In this document: one piece after another, positions 1 through 10,603 of the stretch
Layout: each line of letters opens with the position of its first letter
How positions within the stretch are numbered: the stretch's first letter is position 1
IMG/VR virus record: IMGVR_UViG_3300047550_006118
Location: 4,536 to 68,535 of that record
DNA length: 64,000 bases
Origin: a virus
Reading direction: 5' to 3' (one strand)
The notes under the pieces: model-generated
What the model was told of the DNA's origin: nothing
Seen by the model: the letters and a program-made list of their open reading frames with translations, nothing else
Database searches by the model: none
Position numbers and translations under genes: made by a program

Positions 1-438
1 GCATACGATGACGAGGCCAAGAAGATATTCAAGTCCAAGGGACGGGATGAGTTCGTCAAGTATTGGGAGAACAAGCTGGCGGATCTTGAAAAGGCCGCCG
101 AGGCACCAAAGGCCGAGGAACCATCCAACATGATCGGCGATCTGAGATCAGCCCTCAAGGCAGGAGATCTCGATGCTGCCAAGAAGGCGCTGGCCGGCGG
201 GGATTCGATCTCCGCGGATACCAAGAAAAGGCTGCTAGGACTCCTGGTAACGGCAACCAACGTACCGGAGGACGATCGAAAGGCCCTCGCTGACATCATC
301 AACCGAGCAACGGTGACGGAAATGTCCCTGTTCGAGGAGATATCGAGGGTGCTCAATCAAAACAAGCTTACCTGGAAGGATCTTGGATACCAACTCGTCA
401 TCAAGGAGCGTCGTACGAACAGCGTGGTGATCCTATGA
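1..438 (+). CDS. hypothetical protein, 5'-truncated by the window edge
   Basis: Frame 1 is open from base 1 to TGA at 436-438; ATGA overlap with the next gene. Confidence 0.7.
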   Translation, partial: AYDDEAKKIFKSKGRDEFVKYWENKLADLEKAAEAPKAEEPSNMIGDLRSALKAGDLDAAKKALAGGDSISADTKKRLLGLLVTATNVPEDDRKALADIINRATVTEMSLFEEISRVLNQNKLTWKDLGYQLVIKERRTNSVVIL

Positions 439-629
439 GGATAATGGAAATATTGTGTGAGAACGGTAGCTCCGGCGGCACATCCTCCGGTAGCATTGCT
501 AGCGTTGCAACCGGCTTGGGTGGTCCAATGATGCCGATAATACGCAGGATGCCGACCGGGCAGAGCTTTTTTGGTCCAGCAGGAACCGCGCCAAAGAAAC
601 CCAGGAAGAAGCGGAATAAGAGCCGATAA
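435..629 (+). CDS. small probable virion/internal head protein
   Basis: N-terminus MRIMEILCE matches the motif shared by other late proteins; Gly/Ser-rich middle and basic C-terminus. Confidence 0.6.
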   Translation: MRIMEILCENGSSGGTSSGSIASVATGLGGPMMPIIRRMPTGQSFFGPAGTAPKKPRKKRNKSR

Positions 630-641
630 AATCCGATCTGA

Positions 642-649
642 TATAAATA
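642..649 (+). promoter_or_regulatory. T4-type late promoter TATAAATA
   Basis: Exact TATAAATA 40 nt upstream of the ATG at 689. TAAATA-core variants precede many other genes: + strand 1361, 3526, 12914, 23458, 25769, 34788, 44168, 49297; - strand 11638, 24985, 38596, 41474. Confidence 0.75.
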
Positions 650-688
650 CCATGCAAGCAGATTGCACCTTTACAAAGGAGACAAACT

Positions 689-1294
689 ATGACAGATAAG
701 GTAAATGGCGGAGTCCAGGCTGGTGAGTTCCTCACCGGAAACATGGATTTCTTCAGCATCGCTACCCTGGTACCGATGGCCCAGACCAACGTGACCACCC
801 CGGTCGCTGACCTATACACCCAGCAGGGATACACCACTTGGCAGAACGTGACCGTGATCAACGGTGCCGGAACTGCAATTACCTACAGCACCCAGGCTTC
901 CTACGAGGACGCACTGGCAAAGCAGGCAAACCTAAACCTGCTGCTCCAGGTGTTCGCACAGCGAGTAAACCCGGTTGCTATCAGCATTACCTCGGCATCG
1001 GACTCGAATCCATCGACCACGACCTATGCCGGCTACCTTAACGGAACGTCCTTTGGTTCTAGCTACAGCAGCACGAAGACCGTTACCACCGTTAAGATCG
1101 CCACTGAAAAGACCGGATACTGGAACGTCAGCACCGCTGCCGAAAGCAACGATCTCGGCTATCAGCTGCTAACCTCCCTGGACGGTGTCCCCGTGCAGGA
1201 TCTAGCAACTCCGGTTCTGTCCAGCACCGAGTTTGACACCGGCGCATCGAGCACAGCTCGCAACACGATCGCCGTTCGCGCACTGGTCCTCTAA
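689..1294 (+). CDS. probable virion structural protein (Thr/Ser/Ala-rich)
   Basis: Late promoter, AGGAG RBS, beta-rich composition, followed by a terminator. Confidence 0.6.
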   Translation: MTDKVNGGVQAGEFLTGNMDFFSIATLVPMAQTNVTTPVADLYTQQGYTTWQNVTVINGAGTAITYSTQASYEDALAKQANLNLLLQVFAQRVNPVAISITSASDSNPSTTTYAGYLNGTSFGSSYSSTKTVTTVKIATEKTGYWNVSTAAESNDLGYQLLTSLDGVPVQDLATPVLSSTEFDTGASSTARNTIAVRALVL

Positions 1295-1320
1295 TCCAGG
1301 TAGCATATACGATTGGTTAG

Positions 1321-1352
1321 GAAGAAAGGCGCAGAAATGCGCCTTTCTTTTT
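1321..1352 (+). terminator. intrinsic terminator
   Basis: AAGAAAGGCGCA-GAAA-TGCGCCTTTCTT hairpin followed by a T-run. Confidence 0.8.
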
Positions 1353-1547
1353 GCCTCGGCAATAAATATCTCACCAACTGAGAGCAGGGAATATGCTTCT
1401 AGATCAGATATTTGGGAAAACGCTCCCTAAGGAAATAGTCATCGTTAGAAAGGATGGCGTTCTCAAGCACGAAGCTCGAGACATCCAACCTGCCATCGAC
1501 CATGACTCCTCACAGAAACCATTGTTTCCAATTAGCAAGGAGCGAAA

Positions 1548-2306
1548 ATGAAGCGCTTGATCGAATACATCAATGAAATATCCCCAACCAGCCAGGAGAT
1601 AGACATGAAACCACCCCATATCATGGCCGATCAAAACAACGGAAACGAGGCATTGTGGAACACGACCGAGGATCGCTGGAGCAGGAAGGCAAAACACCAT
1701 CTCAACCTACCAGCCAAGGCCGCAATCGTGAACGATTGGGAACGGGGGGACATTGCCATATACGAGGGGCAGGAGGTCGAGATCTCGATACCAAAGGGTC
1801 CGAACGCATCGGTCGGGATCATCGTAGATGGCAGGACTAGGATGGTAAGAGAACACAAGCTTACCAAGATCAAGGAAGGCGTGATGGGGGGCATGCAACC
1901 TCTGAACCCGATCAATCGCATGATGCAGCTCGCCGGCATATCCTCTCCGACCATAATGGAACCAACGGTGGCCGAAGAAGCCGCCGACGATCATGTATCG
2001 AAGGCCCAGAAATCACCCCAGGATCCGGATGAATTTTCGGAAATAGTCGCCGAGGCCGATGCATCACAAAGCAGCATACAGAAGCTGATCGATTCGGCCG
2101 AGAAGCTGCCACAGTTTTCCGGAAATCGAGAAGCCGCCAGATTGTACGCGATCGGTGGCATACTTAGCGCAATGTCAAATGAGATCAAGGCCAACCCACC
2201 GCAGACGGTGATCGGCCAGCAGCACGCCAAGGAGCTGTCGACCATCGCGCTGATGGGCGTCGACCTGATAAAAGCCGCACAGGACATGGCCAAGGCTGCG
2301 AAATGA
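1548..2306 (+). CDS. hypothetical late protein (possible head-associated)
   Basis: AAGGAG RBS; MKRLIEYINE N-terminus; RMMQLAGI motif. Confidence 0.6.
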   Translation: MKRLIEYINEISPTSQEIDMKPPHIMADQNNGNEALWNTTEDRWSRKAKHHLNLPAKAAIVNDWERGDIAIYEGQEVEISIPKGPNASVGIIVDGRTRMVREHKLTKIKEGVMGGMQPLNPINRMMQLAGISSPTIMEPTVAEEAADDHVSKAQKSPQDPDEFSEIVAEADASQSSIQKLIDSAEKLPQFSGNREAARLYAIGGILSAMSNEIKANPPQTVIGQQHAKELSTIALMGVDLIKAAQDMAKAAK

Positions 2307-2533
2307 AATTCATAGAGATCCAGGGAGGGCTCTTGCAGCCAGTCAGCAACGAGGAGAATGTGGTCCTCGAACGGGTTCGAGGACACGGAGAGCCATTGCC
2401 AAAATCATTGATGGATCAAAGAGAACGAGAACTGGCGCGGAGATTGGTAACGCGCGGATTATTGACTAGGATCATGGTGGAGGATAAGCTGTGCTTCTTG
2501 GTCAATGATTTAGAAGAAATCTGGGAGAATTGA
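2303..2533 (+). CDS. hypothetical protein
   Basis: ATGA overlap with the upstream stop; 76 aa. Confidence 0.6.
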   Translation: MKFIEIQGGLLQPVSNEENVVLERVRGHGEPLPKSLMDQRERELARRLVTRGLLTRIMVEDKLCFLVNDLEEIWEN

Positions 2534-2534
2534 C

Positions 2535-3191
2535 ATGACCGCTGTTACACCTGAAGACCGGGATGCCATGGCTAGGCTTTTGGAAATCATGGGAGGCAAC
2601 ACGTCCGTTCCTGCGTCGACCACGCGCACCGTGACCGAATCATTTGATCAACCGGTCGAGCTGGCTGGTCCAGGGCAGGTCACCAGGAAGGATGTTGATG
2701 CGATGGCATCCGTGCTAACGAGGTTGAACTCGTTGAGCAATCATGTGGTTGATAACATGATCACCGAGGGTGCTGAGTTTCCCAAGGCGGCAGAAGCATT
2801 GCAAACCCAACGGATACAGAACGGGGTCAAGGTTGGTCGCTACCAGATATTGGTCAAGGAAGATGCGAGTCGGTTGGCCGGGAAGCAGTTCTATTCCATT
2901 TACAACAGCCTGACCAATGATACCATTGCTGATGATATCAGCCTATATGAAACGGCACTTACCGCCGTCAGGCTGCTGAATTCCGGAAGATTCGCCAACA
3001 GCCTAGAGGTTCGCAAGCTGTTTGAGCAGGACGATGCCTACACGTCTCACCGTGTTGACGCATTGATGTACAAGAGAAAGATGTCGGCTACCTCCGATCC
3101 TTCCAAGCGGGACATCTTCGAAAGCCGATATCAAGCCAGCTTGGACCGATGCATGGCTGCCAAGAAGCAGATCAAGATGCTAGCAAAATGA
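2535..3191 (+). CDS. hypothetical phage protein
   Basis: 218-aa ORF tightly packed in the operon, with RBS. Confidence 0.7.
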   Translation: MTAVTPEDRDAMARLLEIMGGNTSVPASTTRTVTESFDQPVELAGPGQVTRKDVDAMASVLTRLNSLSNHVVDNMITEGAEFPKAAEALQTQRIQNGVKVGRYQILVKEDASRLAGKQFYSIYNSLTNDTIADDISLYETALTAVRLLNSGRFANSLEVRKLFEQDDAYTSHRVDALMYKRKMSATSDPSKRDIFESRYQASLDRCMAAKKQIKMLAK

Positions 3192-3505
3192 GCATTACCG
3201 TAACAGATGCAGCAAGATCCCACATCTCCGGCCTTTGCCAGAAGCATGGAAAAATGGTAAGGCTTTCGATAGTGGCAGGCGGATGCCAAGGTTTCAACAA
3301 GGTCTGGGACATGTGTGATTCCCCGTCCGACGAAGACGAGGTCATGGAATTTGGTCCGGGCCAGTTGCTGATCGACGGCATGAGCCTTGAGCTGATCGAC
3401 GGCGCGACGATCGATTATCGAGTTGATCTCAGCGGTTCATACTTTTCCGTGGAAATACCGTCAGCCGTCAGCCAATGCGGTTGCGGAACCTCCTTTTCAA
3501 TCTAA
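3188..3505 (+). CDS. iscA: HesB/IscA-family Fe-S cluster assembly (A-type carrier) protein
   Basis: MSITVTDAA start; GGCQGF and CGCGTSF motifs. Confidence 0.9.
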   Translation: MSITVTDAARSHISGLCQKHGKMVRLSIVAGGCQGFNKVWDMCDSPSDEDEVMEFGPGQLLIDGMSLELIDGATIDYRVDLSGSYFSVEIPSAVSQCGCGTSFSI

Positions 3506-3525
3506 CAGATATCTCCGATGATTGG

Positions 3526-3533
3526 TATAAATA
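3526..3533 (+). promoter_or_regulatory. late promoter TATAAATA
   Basis: Exact motif upstream of the 1212-aa gene. Confidence 0.75.
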
Positions 3534-3557
3534 AGTACCATCAAGCAAAGGCCTCAC

Positions 3558-6500
3558 GTGGCCAGGAGTTCTGTTCAAATGTATCTCAATCATCTTGAAT
3601 CATCAAAAGAGGCCAGATTATACCAGATACTTCATACGCTAAAAAGCGTCCATGGAGTGCAGATGAACATCAATCTGGATTCAACCTCAACCGAGGATTT
3701 CCTCAACGAATGCAAATCGGCATGGGAGATCAAGAGGGATCGGATCATAGCCGAGAGCAATTTCAACAGCTATCAGCAGAATCCTGAATACATCAAGAGC
3801 ATGCTAATCCTTGAAGCCGTCAGGCTCATGCTCACGGAGATCGGACCAAAGCGCCGGCGCCGCAAGCAAATGGCCGAATCAACACTCGCAACCACGGAAG
3901 CAGACATGAACCAAGGACCAACCAACAAATTTGCCGATGATCTGGGCAAGATCGCTGAACGGATACCACAGACCAGCGAAGAAGCAACGATGTTTTCGAT
4001 AGTTCTGGCGGCCATCGCAAGAAAGGCCCAGAAGGTTGGCGCGCTTTTTGGTACGCAGGCAAAGGACTTTGACGACGACGAAAAGGCCGTGTTGGCATGG
4101 ATAAAGGGATTGCCGAGACCCATCAATGTTAATAGCATGATACAGGACGGTATCGCGAAATTTGGACCAGAATTGCTTGCCAAGAGGAAGGCCACCCTTG
4201 CCGCACAGCCAAAGATAGATCTCGGCAAGGATGACATGGAAGAGGCAGACATGAACCAAGGACCAACCAACAAATTTGCCGATGATCTGGGCAAGATTGC
4301 CGAACGGATCCCCCAGACCAGCGAAGAAGCAACGATGTTTTCAATTGTTCTAGCGTCCATCGCACGAAAGGCCCAGAAGATCGGCACGCTTTTTGGTACG
4401 CAGGCGAAGGATTTTGATGACGACGAAAAGGCCGTTCTGTCATGGATCAAGGGACTGCCGAGGCCCATCAATGTTAACAGCATGGTTCGCGACGGTATCG
4501 CGAAATTCGGACCAGAATTGCTTGCCAAGAGAAAGACCTCCCTTGCCGCACAACCGAAGATAGATCTCGGCAAGGATGACATGGAAGAGGACAAGGACCA
4601 GGACGGCGACGGTGACGAGGATTTCGCCGACGTGATGGTGGCAAGGATGACGGCAAGCGGCATGCCGAAGGGCGCCGCGATCGCCAAGACCAAGGGGAAG
4701 CCCTATAACAAGGAATCGATCTCCGAGGATGCCGATCCCGATTCACACCAGCCGCAGCCGGCACCAGCGGCCGTTAGCCCGGTCGTCGGCCAGGCACACC
4801 ATTACGAGTACCAGGCCAGCATGGCACGCAGCGAGCTTTATCGAAACAGCAAGTATGCAATGAGCATGCTAAAGCAGATCGATCCAAAGGGCGAAGTTGA
4901 GCCATGGATAGCGGGAGCGCTGACCAAGTCTGCTAACCTGCTGGATAAGGTATACCACTATCTGGATTATTACAAGAAGTTTGAACCGCAGGAGCTGCCG
5001 GAGGGCGACGAGGAGGAAGGCCTGGGCGAGACCAGCGGAGGTGTTACCCGCCAGAATCTCATGCTGATAATGGAATATTCCATCAAGCTCTTCGATATGA
5101 TCAAGCCAGGAGACAAGCTGGAAGGCTGGGTAGCCATGAAGCTAACCACCGCCAGCGAATGCGTCAGCTCCTGCAAGCATTACATGGACTACGTGCAGTT
5201 TGAGCACCATGCGATGGACAATCATTTCAGCGAAGGTAGGCGTGCAAAGAGGAAGATCACCAACGAGACCGCATACGAGCGAGATCTCGATGAAAAGAAG
5301 CCGGTCTATGCGGAATACCTGCATGGCGTCAAGAGCACCCCGAGGAAAAAGAAGTTCAGGAACTACGCCGAATACGAAAAGTGGATCGATGCTGAGGGGG
5401 ATAACGTGGAAGTCCAGAGGGTGTACAACGAATCGCGCAGCCTGATGGAGCAGGAAGATCTCGCCAAGGCCGCGACGATACTTTCCGCCAAGGACATGAG
5501 CGGCCAGATTCAGGACATAGCCGAGGACGTTGCCAAGATGAGCGTCGAGGACCTCATGCCTCTGGTTGACATGATGAGGAGCCAGTTTGGATCCGAAGCC
5601 GCCGACGGATTCAACACCACGGTTAAGACCGCCTTGGATGCCCTGTTGGATCTTTCCTCCAAGACCAAGGAGACCTTGGACAAGGCGATCGAAACCCTGA
5701 ACAGCGGCGGTGTTCCGGCTGAAACAACCGACATAGAGACCGCCGGCGAGGAACCGGAACCGAGCGCCGAGGCAGAGCCTGCCGATGATAGCGATATTTC
5801 CAAGGATCTAGCCGCCCTCGGCGGTGAGGAAGGATCTGCCGAGGAAGAGCCGGAGGCCGGAGCCGGAGAACCTCTTGGCCGTGCCAAGAAGTCGGAGGTG
5901 GCTGAATCCCTTGCAGTCGGCAAGAAGGTTAATGTTACCAATCCAAAGGCAACGCCTCGTTATGAGATCGTTAAGATCGACGGGGATAAGGTCACCCTCA
6001 AGAAGCCGGATGGTAGCGAGATGACGCTTCCAAAGGGTCGCATAATTCGTGCGAATCCCGGCCTAAGCGAGGGAAAGATTCCTGATGCCTTCAAGAAGAA
6101 CATCGAAAAGATGAAGGCCAAGGCCAAGGACAAGAAGGCCGACGACACCAAGAAGGAAGAGGTCGACGAGGCCTGGGATGCCGAGATGAAGACGGCAAAG
6201 AAGGATGTTGGCAAGTGGAAAGGCTGGACCATTAAGAAGCTCGAGGCGCGCAAGAGCGAGCTAATGTCCAAGAAAAAGAGAAACGCTGCTGAGCAAAAAG
6301 AAGTTGATCAAATCAACTTCGCCATCCGTGCCAAGCAGAAGGACAAGTGGGGTAAGATCAAGGAAGATACCGTGAATGAGGCCTCGAAGGCCGATCAGGA
6401 CATCGAAAAGGCAAAGGACGAATTCTTCAAGAAAGGCGGAATGGTTACACATGGCCCTACCAAGATTGCTAAAGGATCAAAATACCATCGTCCTGGAACC

Positions 6501-7196
6501 GGACATGTTGGCCGAACCGGATCGGCATCCGCTGATGCTCCGGGAATAATGAGGTCCTCAATGAAGGAAGACGAGGTCGCGGAAAAGGCTCCGCCAGGTA
6601 AAAAGGCCGAGGATTTCATAAAGGGAAACAAGGAATCGTTCAAGAAGAGATATGGCGATAGGTGGGAAGAAGTCCTATACGCTACCGCATGGAAGAAGTT
6701 CGGAAAGCACACCGAAAGCTACCAGCAAGCTAGCCAATCTCTGGCAGAAGCCAGGGCAGATCTAGAAAATCTAGAAAAGGCACTGGCCGATCATCGTGCT
6801 GAATTCAAGAGAATGCTAGCCGAAGGCAATGTGTCTGATCCATTGAACATGGGATATGGTCTCGAGGGAGATTCAATCCTGGATCAAATGGCAGGTGTCA
6901 ATCGCAGGATCACTTCTGCCAAGGAAAGCATGAAGAGGATCGTGCAGGAAGGCGTGATGGGCATGCTACGGGATATCGAGTCATTGAACAAGGCTAGGTC
7001 CCTGGAAACCATGAAGGATCTAACCCCGTACGGAGTGATCTATACCACGCCTGGTGGACGCAAGAGCAAGAAGATGTTTGAAAACGCTGATGCCCGCGCA
7101 TACTGGCTGGAACTGAAGAGCGATTCCATCAAGGATCCTCGCATGATCGAACCGGAGACCTTTGACAAGGCCATAACCAGAACCAAGAAAGGATAA
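3558..7196 (+). CDS. large acidic/helical late protein, possible prohead core/scaffold or inner-body protein
   Basis: 1212 aa, late promoter, E/K-rich modular sequence with a 115-aa tandem duplication. Confidence 0.6.
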   Translation: MARSSVQMYLNHLESSKEARLYQILHTLKSVHGVQMNINLDSTSTEDFLNECKSAWEIKRDRIIAESNFNSYQQNPEYIKSMLILEAVRLMLTEIGPKRRRRKQMAESTLATTEADMNQGPTNKFADDLGKIAERIPQTSEEATMFSIVLAAIARKAQKVGALFGTQAKDFDDDEKAVLAWIKGLPRPINVNSMIQDGIAKFGPELLAKRKATLAAQPKIDLGKDDMEEADMNQGPTNKFADDLGKIAERIPQTSEEATMFSIVLASIARKAQKIGTLFGTQAKDFDDDEKAVLSWIKGLPRPINVNSMVRDGIAKFGPELLAKRKTSLAAQPKIDLGKDDMEEDKDQDGDGDEDFADVMVARMTASGMPKGAAIAKTKGKPYNKESISEDADPDSHQPQPAPAAVSPVVGQAHHYEYQASMARSELYRNSKYAMSMLKQIDPKGEVEPWIAGALTKSANLLDKVYHYLDYYKKFEPQELPEGDEEEGLGETSGGVTRQNLMLIMEYSIKLFDMIKPGDKLEGWVAMKLTTASECVSSCKHYMDYVQFEHHAMDNHFSEGRRAKRKITNETAYERDLDEKKPVYAEYLHGVKSTPRKKKFRNYAEYEKWIDAEGDNVEVQRVYNESRSLMEQEDLAKAATILSAKDMSGQIQDIAEDVAKMSVEDLMPLVDMMRSQFGSEAADGFNTTVKTALDALLDLSSKTKETLDKAIETLNSGGVPAETTDIETAGEEPEPSAEAEPADDSDISKDLAALGGEEGSAEEEPEAGAGEPLGRAKKSEVAESLAVGKKVNVTNPKATPRYEIVKIDGDKVTLKKPDGSEMTLPKGRIIRANPGLSEGKIPDAFKKNIEKMKAKAKDKKADDTKKEEVDEAWDAEMKTAKKDVGKWKGWTIKKLEARKSELMSKKKRNAAEQKEVDQINFAIRAKQKDKWGKIKEDTVNEASKADQDIEKAKDEFFKKGGMVTHGPTKIAKGSKYHRPGTGHVGRTGSASADAPGIMRSSMKEDEVAEKAPPGKKAEDFIKGNKESFKKRYGDRWEEVLYATAWKKFGKHTESYQQASQSLAEARADLENLEKALADHRAEFKRMLAEGNVSDPLNMGYGLEGDSILDQMAGVNRRITSAKESMKRIVQEGVMGMLRDIESLNKARSLETMKDLTPYGVIYTTPGGRKSKKMFENADARAYWLELKSDSIKDPRMIEPETFDKAITRTKKG
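3900..4589 (+). repeat. two tandem ~345-bp direct repeats inside the CDS
   Basis: GCAGACATGAACCAAGGACC...GATGACATGGAAGAG at 3900-4244 and 4245-4589; differences mostly synonymous. Confidence 0.95.
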
Positions 7197-7202
7197 TTTC
7201 CG

Positions 7203-7568
7203 GTGCTGATCAGGGAGATCATTACAGAAACGGAGATCTCCACGGAGATCTCCAACGATCTCATGGATCTCATCGCCACCTACAGGCAGGATGGTAAGGA
7301 TGAGATACCCATGATGGGACCAAACGGTGCCGTGACCTATCTCCAAAAGATGGGGTACAGCGTCAATGCCAACTCTCTGATGGACCTGATGATCGGGGAT
7401 CCTTTCGTTGATGTTGTTGAACGATCGGATACGCAAAAGATCACCCTCAAACCACTCAAGGCGGAACCCACCGTGGCTCCTGATGAGATGGAGAAGAGCC
7501 AGGAAAAGGTGGAGAAAACCGCCGCCAAGATCGCCGACAAGGTGGTGAAAACCGGGAGTCAAGTATAA
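7203..7568 (+). CDS. hypothetical late protein
   Basis: GTG start; MLIREIITE N-terminal motif. Confidence 0.65.
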   Translation: MLIREIITETEISTEISNDLMDLIATYRQDGKDEIPMMGPNGAVTYLQKMGYSVNANSLMDLMIGDPFVDVVERSDTQKITLKPLKAEPTVAPDEMEKSQEKVEKTAAKIADKVVKTGSQV

Positions 7569-10061
7569 ATGGCACAGTGCCCAAGCGTATTCATAACCGC
7601 CACAGAAGCTAGACAGAGCCCGTTGCGAGAACGGGCGATACATGACGAAGCCGTTGGGATACAATCGGCCATACTGGATGCGGTCAAGCTCGGTTTCTTC
7701 GAGACCACGGTTTCCGACGGTACCCCGATGACCGATAGCAGGAATCTACCGAACGACGTATGGACCGTCGATCCGGCAACGGATCAGCTTTACATACCGA
7801 ACCATGGATTTTCCACCGGCGATGCCGTGACGGTATCGAGCACCATAGCACTACCAGCACCATTGGTCAGCACGGCATATTACTACGTGATTTATGTTGA
7901 TCCAGATCACATCAAGCTGGCCGCATCATATGCCAACGCGATTTCTGGCAGGCCGATCAGCATTGATGTGACCGCAGGGGTCACGACGATGCTCATCAAC
8001 GACGAGGGCAGTGGATACATACAGCCGCCGGTTGTTACGCTGTCGGGAGGTAGCCCGATCACCTCCGCCACAGCTAGGGCATATCTAGCCAGCTGGGGTA
8101 GCGTGGTCGCCATTGCCAACACCACATCGGGCGGAGGATACACCGATTCCCCAACGGTGCAAATCGTGCCAAAGGGCAACGGAGCATCTGCCGGTACCGT
8201 GTCATACATGGTCGTTGGCATGTCCATAGACAATTCCGGCAACGATTACCATCTCGGCGATATACTGTCGGTGGACGGCGGGACAGGTACCGCGGCCACG
8301 GCGGTGGTAACGGAGGTCGACGTGGCAGGATCCATCCTGTCGATAAGCCTATCCAATCCGGGCACATACACGGTATTGCCGGTCCTAGCCGGGGCATCCA
8401 CCAGCGTCATGCCAGGTGGCGGATCCGGTGCTACCGTAAACCTGACCATGGGAATCAAATCGATCGCCGTTGCGGACGGTGGCGTGGATTACACGGCACC
8501 ACCGAGGGTAGAAATCACCGATCCGTCCGGGGTCGGGGTCGTTGCCACGGCGATGGTCATTGGTGGATCGGTATCATCCATATCGGTTTCCAATCCTGGT
8601 TACGGATATGTCGGGGTATCATCGGTATCCTTCAACAGCGGTTCAAATGCGGCGGCCATTGCCAGCCTGCTACCAACGAGCGTCTCCTCCGTGGCCGTGG
8701 TTGACGGAGGAAGCTCCTACACCTCGGTTCCCAGCGTTAGCATCGATCCGGTCGGTAGCGGAGCATCCGCCGGAACCGTCCACATGGAAGTGGTTTCCTG
8801 CCAGGTAACCAGCAGCGGCATCGGGTATTCCGCGGATGACTATCTCCTGATTGCAGGAGGAACATCGACCGAAAACGCATACATCCGGGTAACATCCGTC
8901 GATGAAAGCGGACGGATAAGGACATACACGCTTGAATCAGGTGGCTCTTACACCTCCCTCCCCGGCCTCCTTTCGAATCCGGTCAACGGTGGTACCGGGA
9001 CCCTAGCGGCATTCAATTTGGTGATGGGCGTTGGATCGATCGACGTTGGATCGGCCGGATCCGGATATGCGGTACCTCCGATCGTCGAGATGACCGCCCC
9101 TTCCCTGGGAGGAACCCAGGCAGTGGCCAAGGCCGTGATCACCGGCGGAGCAGTGACATCCTTTGATGTTGCGACCAAGGGATACGGTTACACCGATGTC
9201 CCGAGCGTGACCGTTAGCAACGGATCAGGTGCTACCGCCGAGGCGATACTTGATGGAACGTCGGTCGCATCCATAACGGTTGATCTGCCTGGTTCCGGAT
9301 ATAGCTATGCGACGGTAACCCTGTCGGGCGGAGGTGCAAACGTGCAAGCGACCGCCGTGGCAAACATCGTCGGTGATACCATAGGTACCATAGACATCAT
9401 AACGGCCGGAAGCGGATATACCAGCCTGCCGGACATCACCATTGACGGTGATGGTGCCGGCGCGTCGGCAACGGCGGTGCTAAACTCGACCGGCATCTAT
9501 GCCATATCCCTGATAACCGGGGGTTCGGGTTACAACTATCCTCCTGCGGTCAACATCGACGGTTCCGCCATTGCCGCCTCGATCCTCAATCCAACCGGCA
9601 TCGATCGTCTCATAGTAACCGACCAAGGGTCAAGCTACACGGCCTCGCCAACGGTTTACCTAATACCCGGTCCATACCAGACACCGACCCCATCAGCGCC
9701 AGCGATGGTACCTCAGATGGGATACAGCGTATCAAGCATCTCCGTGATCAGCAGCGGAACTGGTTACCAGACGGCGCCGGGAGTTTCCATCGCGCCTCCG
9801 CAGATCAACGGGGGAACCCAGGCCACCGCCACCGCATACATCGGTGCCGGGGCAGGTACCTTCGCCCTCAGACCATATCCGGAAAGCCGGGATTATTTCA
9901 AGGCATGGAAGGGCCAGCAGCTCAGCAACGATCTCCTGGCCAAGCCATACATCAATCGGATGGATGCGGTCATCTCGTATTTCACCAGCCTTGGTTACAC
10001 CATCAATCGACTGACGAACCCAAGCACCAACTCCACGCTGATGTGGAAGATACAGTGGTGA
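7569..10061 (+). CDS. virion structural protein with repeated beta-modules (baseplate/tail-associated)
   Basis: More than a dozen GxGYxxxPxVxI-type repeats; Gly/Ser/Thr/Val-rich. Confidence 0.75.
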   Translation: MAQCPSVFITATEARQSPLRERAIHDEAVGIQSAILDAVKLGFFETTVSDGTPMTDSRNLPNDVWTVDPATDQLYIPNHGFSTGDAVTVSSTIALPAPLVSTAYYYVIYVDPDHIKLAASYANAISGRPISIDVTAGVTTMLINDEGSGYIQPPVVTLSGGSPITSATARAYLASWGSVVAIANTTSGGGYTDSPTVQIVPKGNGASAGTVSYMVVGMSIDNSGNDYHLGDILSVDGGTGTAATAVVTEVDVAGSILSISLSNPGTYTVLPVLAGASTSVMPGGGSGATVNLTMGIKSIAVADGGVDYTAPPRVEITDPSGVGVVATAMVIGGSVSSISVSNPGYGYVGVSSVSFNSGSNAAAIASLLPTSVSSVAVVDGGSSYTSVPSVSIDPVGSGASAGTVHMEVVSCQVTSSGIGYSADDYLLIAGGTSTENAYIRVTSVDESGRIRTYTLESGGSYTSLPGLLSNPVNGGTGTLAAFNLVMGVGSIDVGSAGSGYAVPPIVEMTAPSLGGTQAVAKAVITGGAVTSFDVATKGYGYTDVPSVTVSNGSGATAEAILDGTSVASITVDLPGSGYSYATVTLSGGGANVQATAVANIVGDTIGTIDIITAGSGYTSLPDITIDGDGAGASATAVLNSTGIYAISLITGGSGYNYPPAVNIDGSAIAASILNPTGIDRLIVTDQGSSYTASPTVYLIPGPYQTPTPSAPAMVPQMGYSVSSISVISSGTGYQTAPGVSIAPPQINGGTQATATAYIGAGAGTFALRPYPESRDYFKAWKGQQLSNDLLAKPYINRMDAVISYFTSLGYTINRLTNPSTNSTLMWKIQW

Positions 10062-10065
10062 TTTC

Positions 10066-10557
10066 ATGAGGTCGATGTACGGCCCAGAAACCCTGCTGCT
10101 GGCCAGCAAGAAACCCAGGATAAGGGATCTCGTTGAGAGATCCCGTAAAATGACGGAGGATGAAATACGCGGACTACCGGAAAAACCGGACGTCATACGC
10201 GGCCTCCTCATGATCAACAATCTGTCAGAAGGACAGAAAAAGGCAACGATTGCCGAGAACCTGGCCGACATGATGACGGTGGACAACGTACCGACGACCG
10301 GCCTCGAGGAGATGCGATGCGAGATATATCGCATCACTTCCGAAAGCTTTTGGGTACACATCGGGGCATCCCAGCTAGAGGTCCGGGAAGGGTGGAACTG
10401 GGCGGTCCTCGAGGATGGCAGGTTATGGCTTAGCGGCAACATCCTGGATTCCAAGGCAACCCTGGCCCTCCTGTCATCCAAAAGCTCGTTCGTCCAGTCG
10501 GGTACCATCAAGGCCGATCTATATAGGCTAGAAATCGATCGACGTAACAATCTATGA
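10066..10557 (+). CDS. hypothetical protein
   Basis: 163-aa ORF immediately downstream of the structural gene. Confidence 0.55.
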   Translation: MRSMYGPETLLLASKKPRIRDLVERSRKMTEDEIRGLPEKPDVIRGLLMINNLSEGQKKATIAENLADMMTVDNVPTTGLEEMRCEIYRITSESFWVHIGASQLEVREGWNWAVLEDGRLWLSGNILDSKATLALLSSKSSFVQSGTIKADLYRLEIDRRNNL

Positions 10558-10603
10558 GCAAGGTTTCTAGCATCTATGTCACTAATCTTACTATACTAGA
10601 TTC

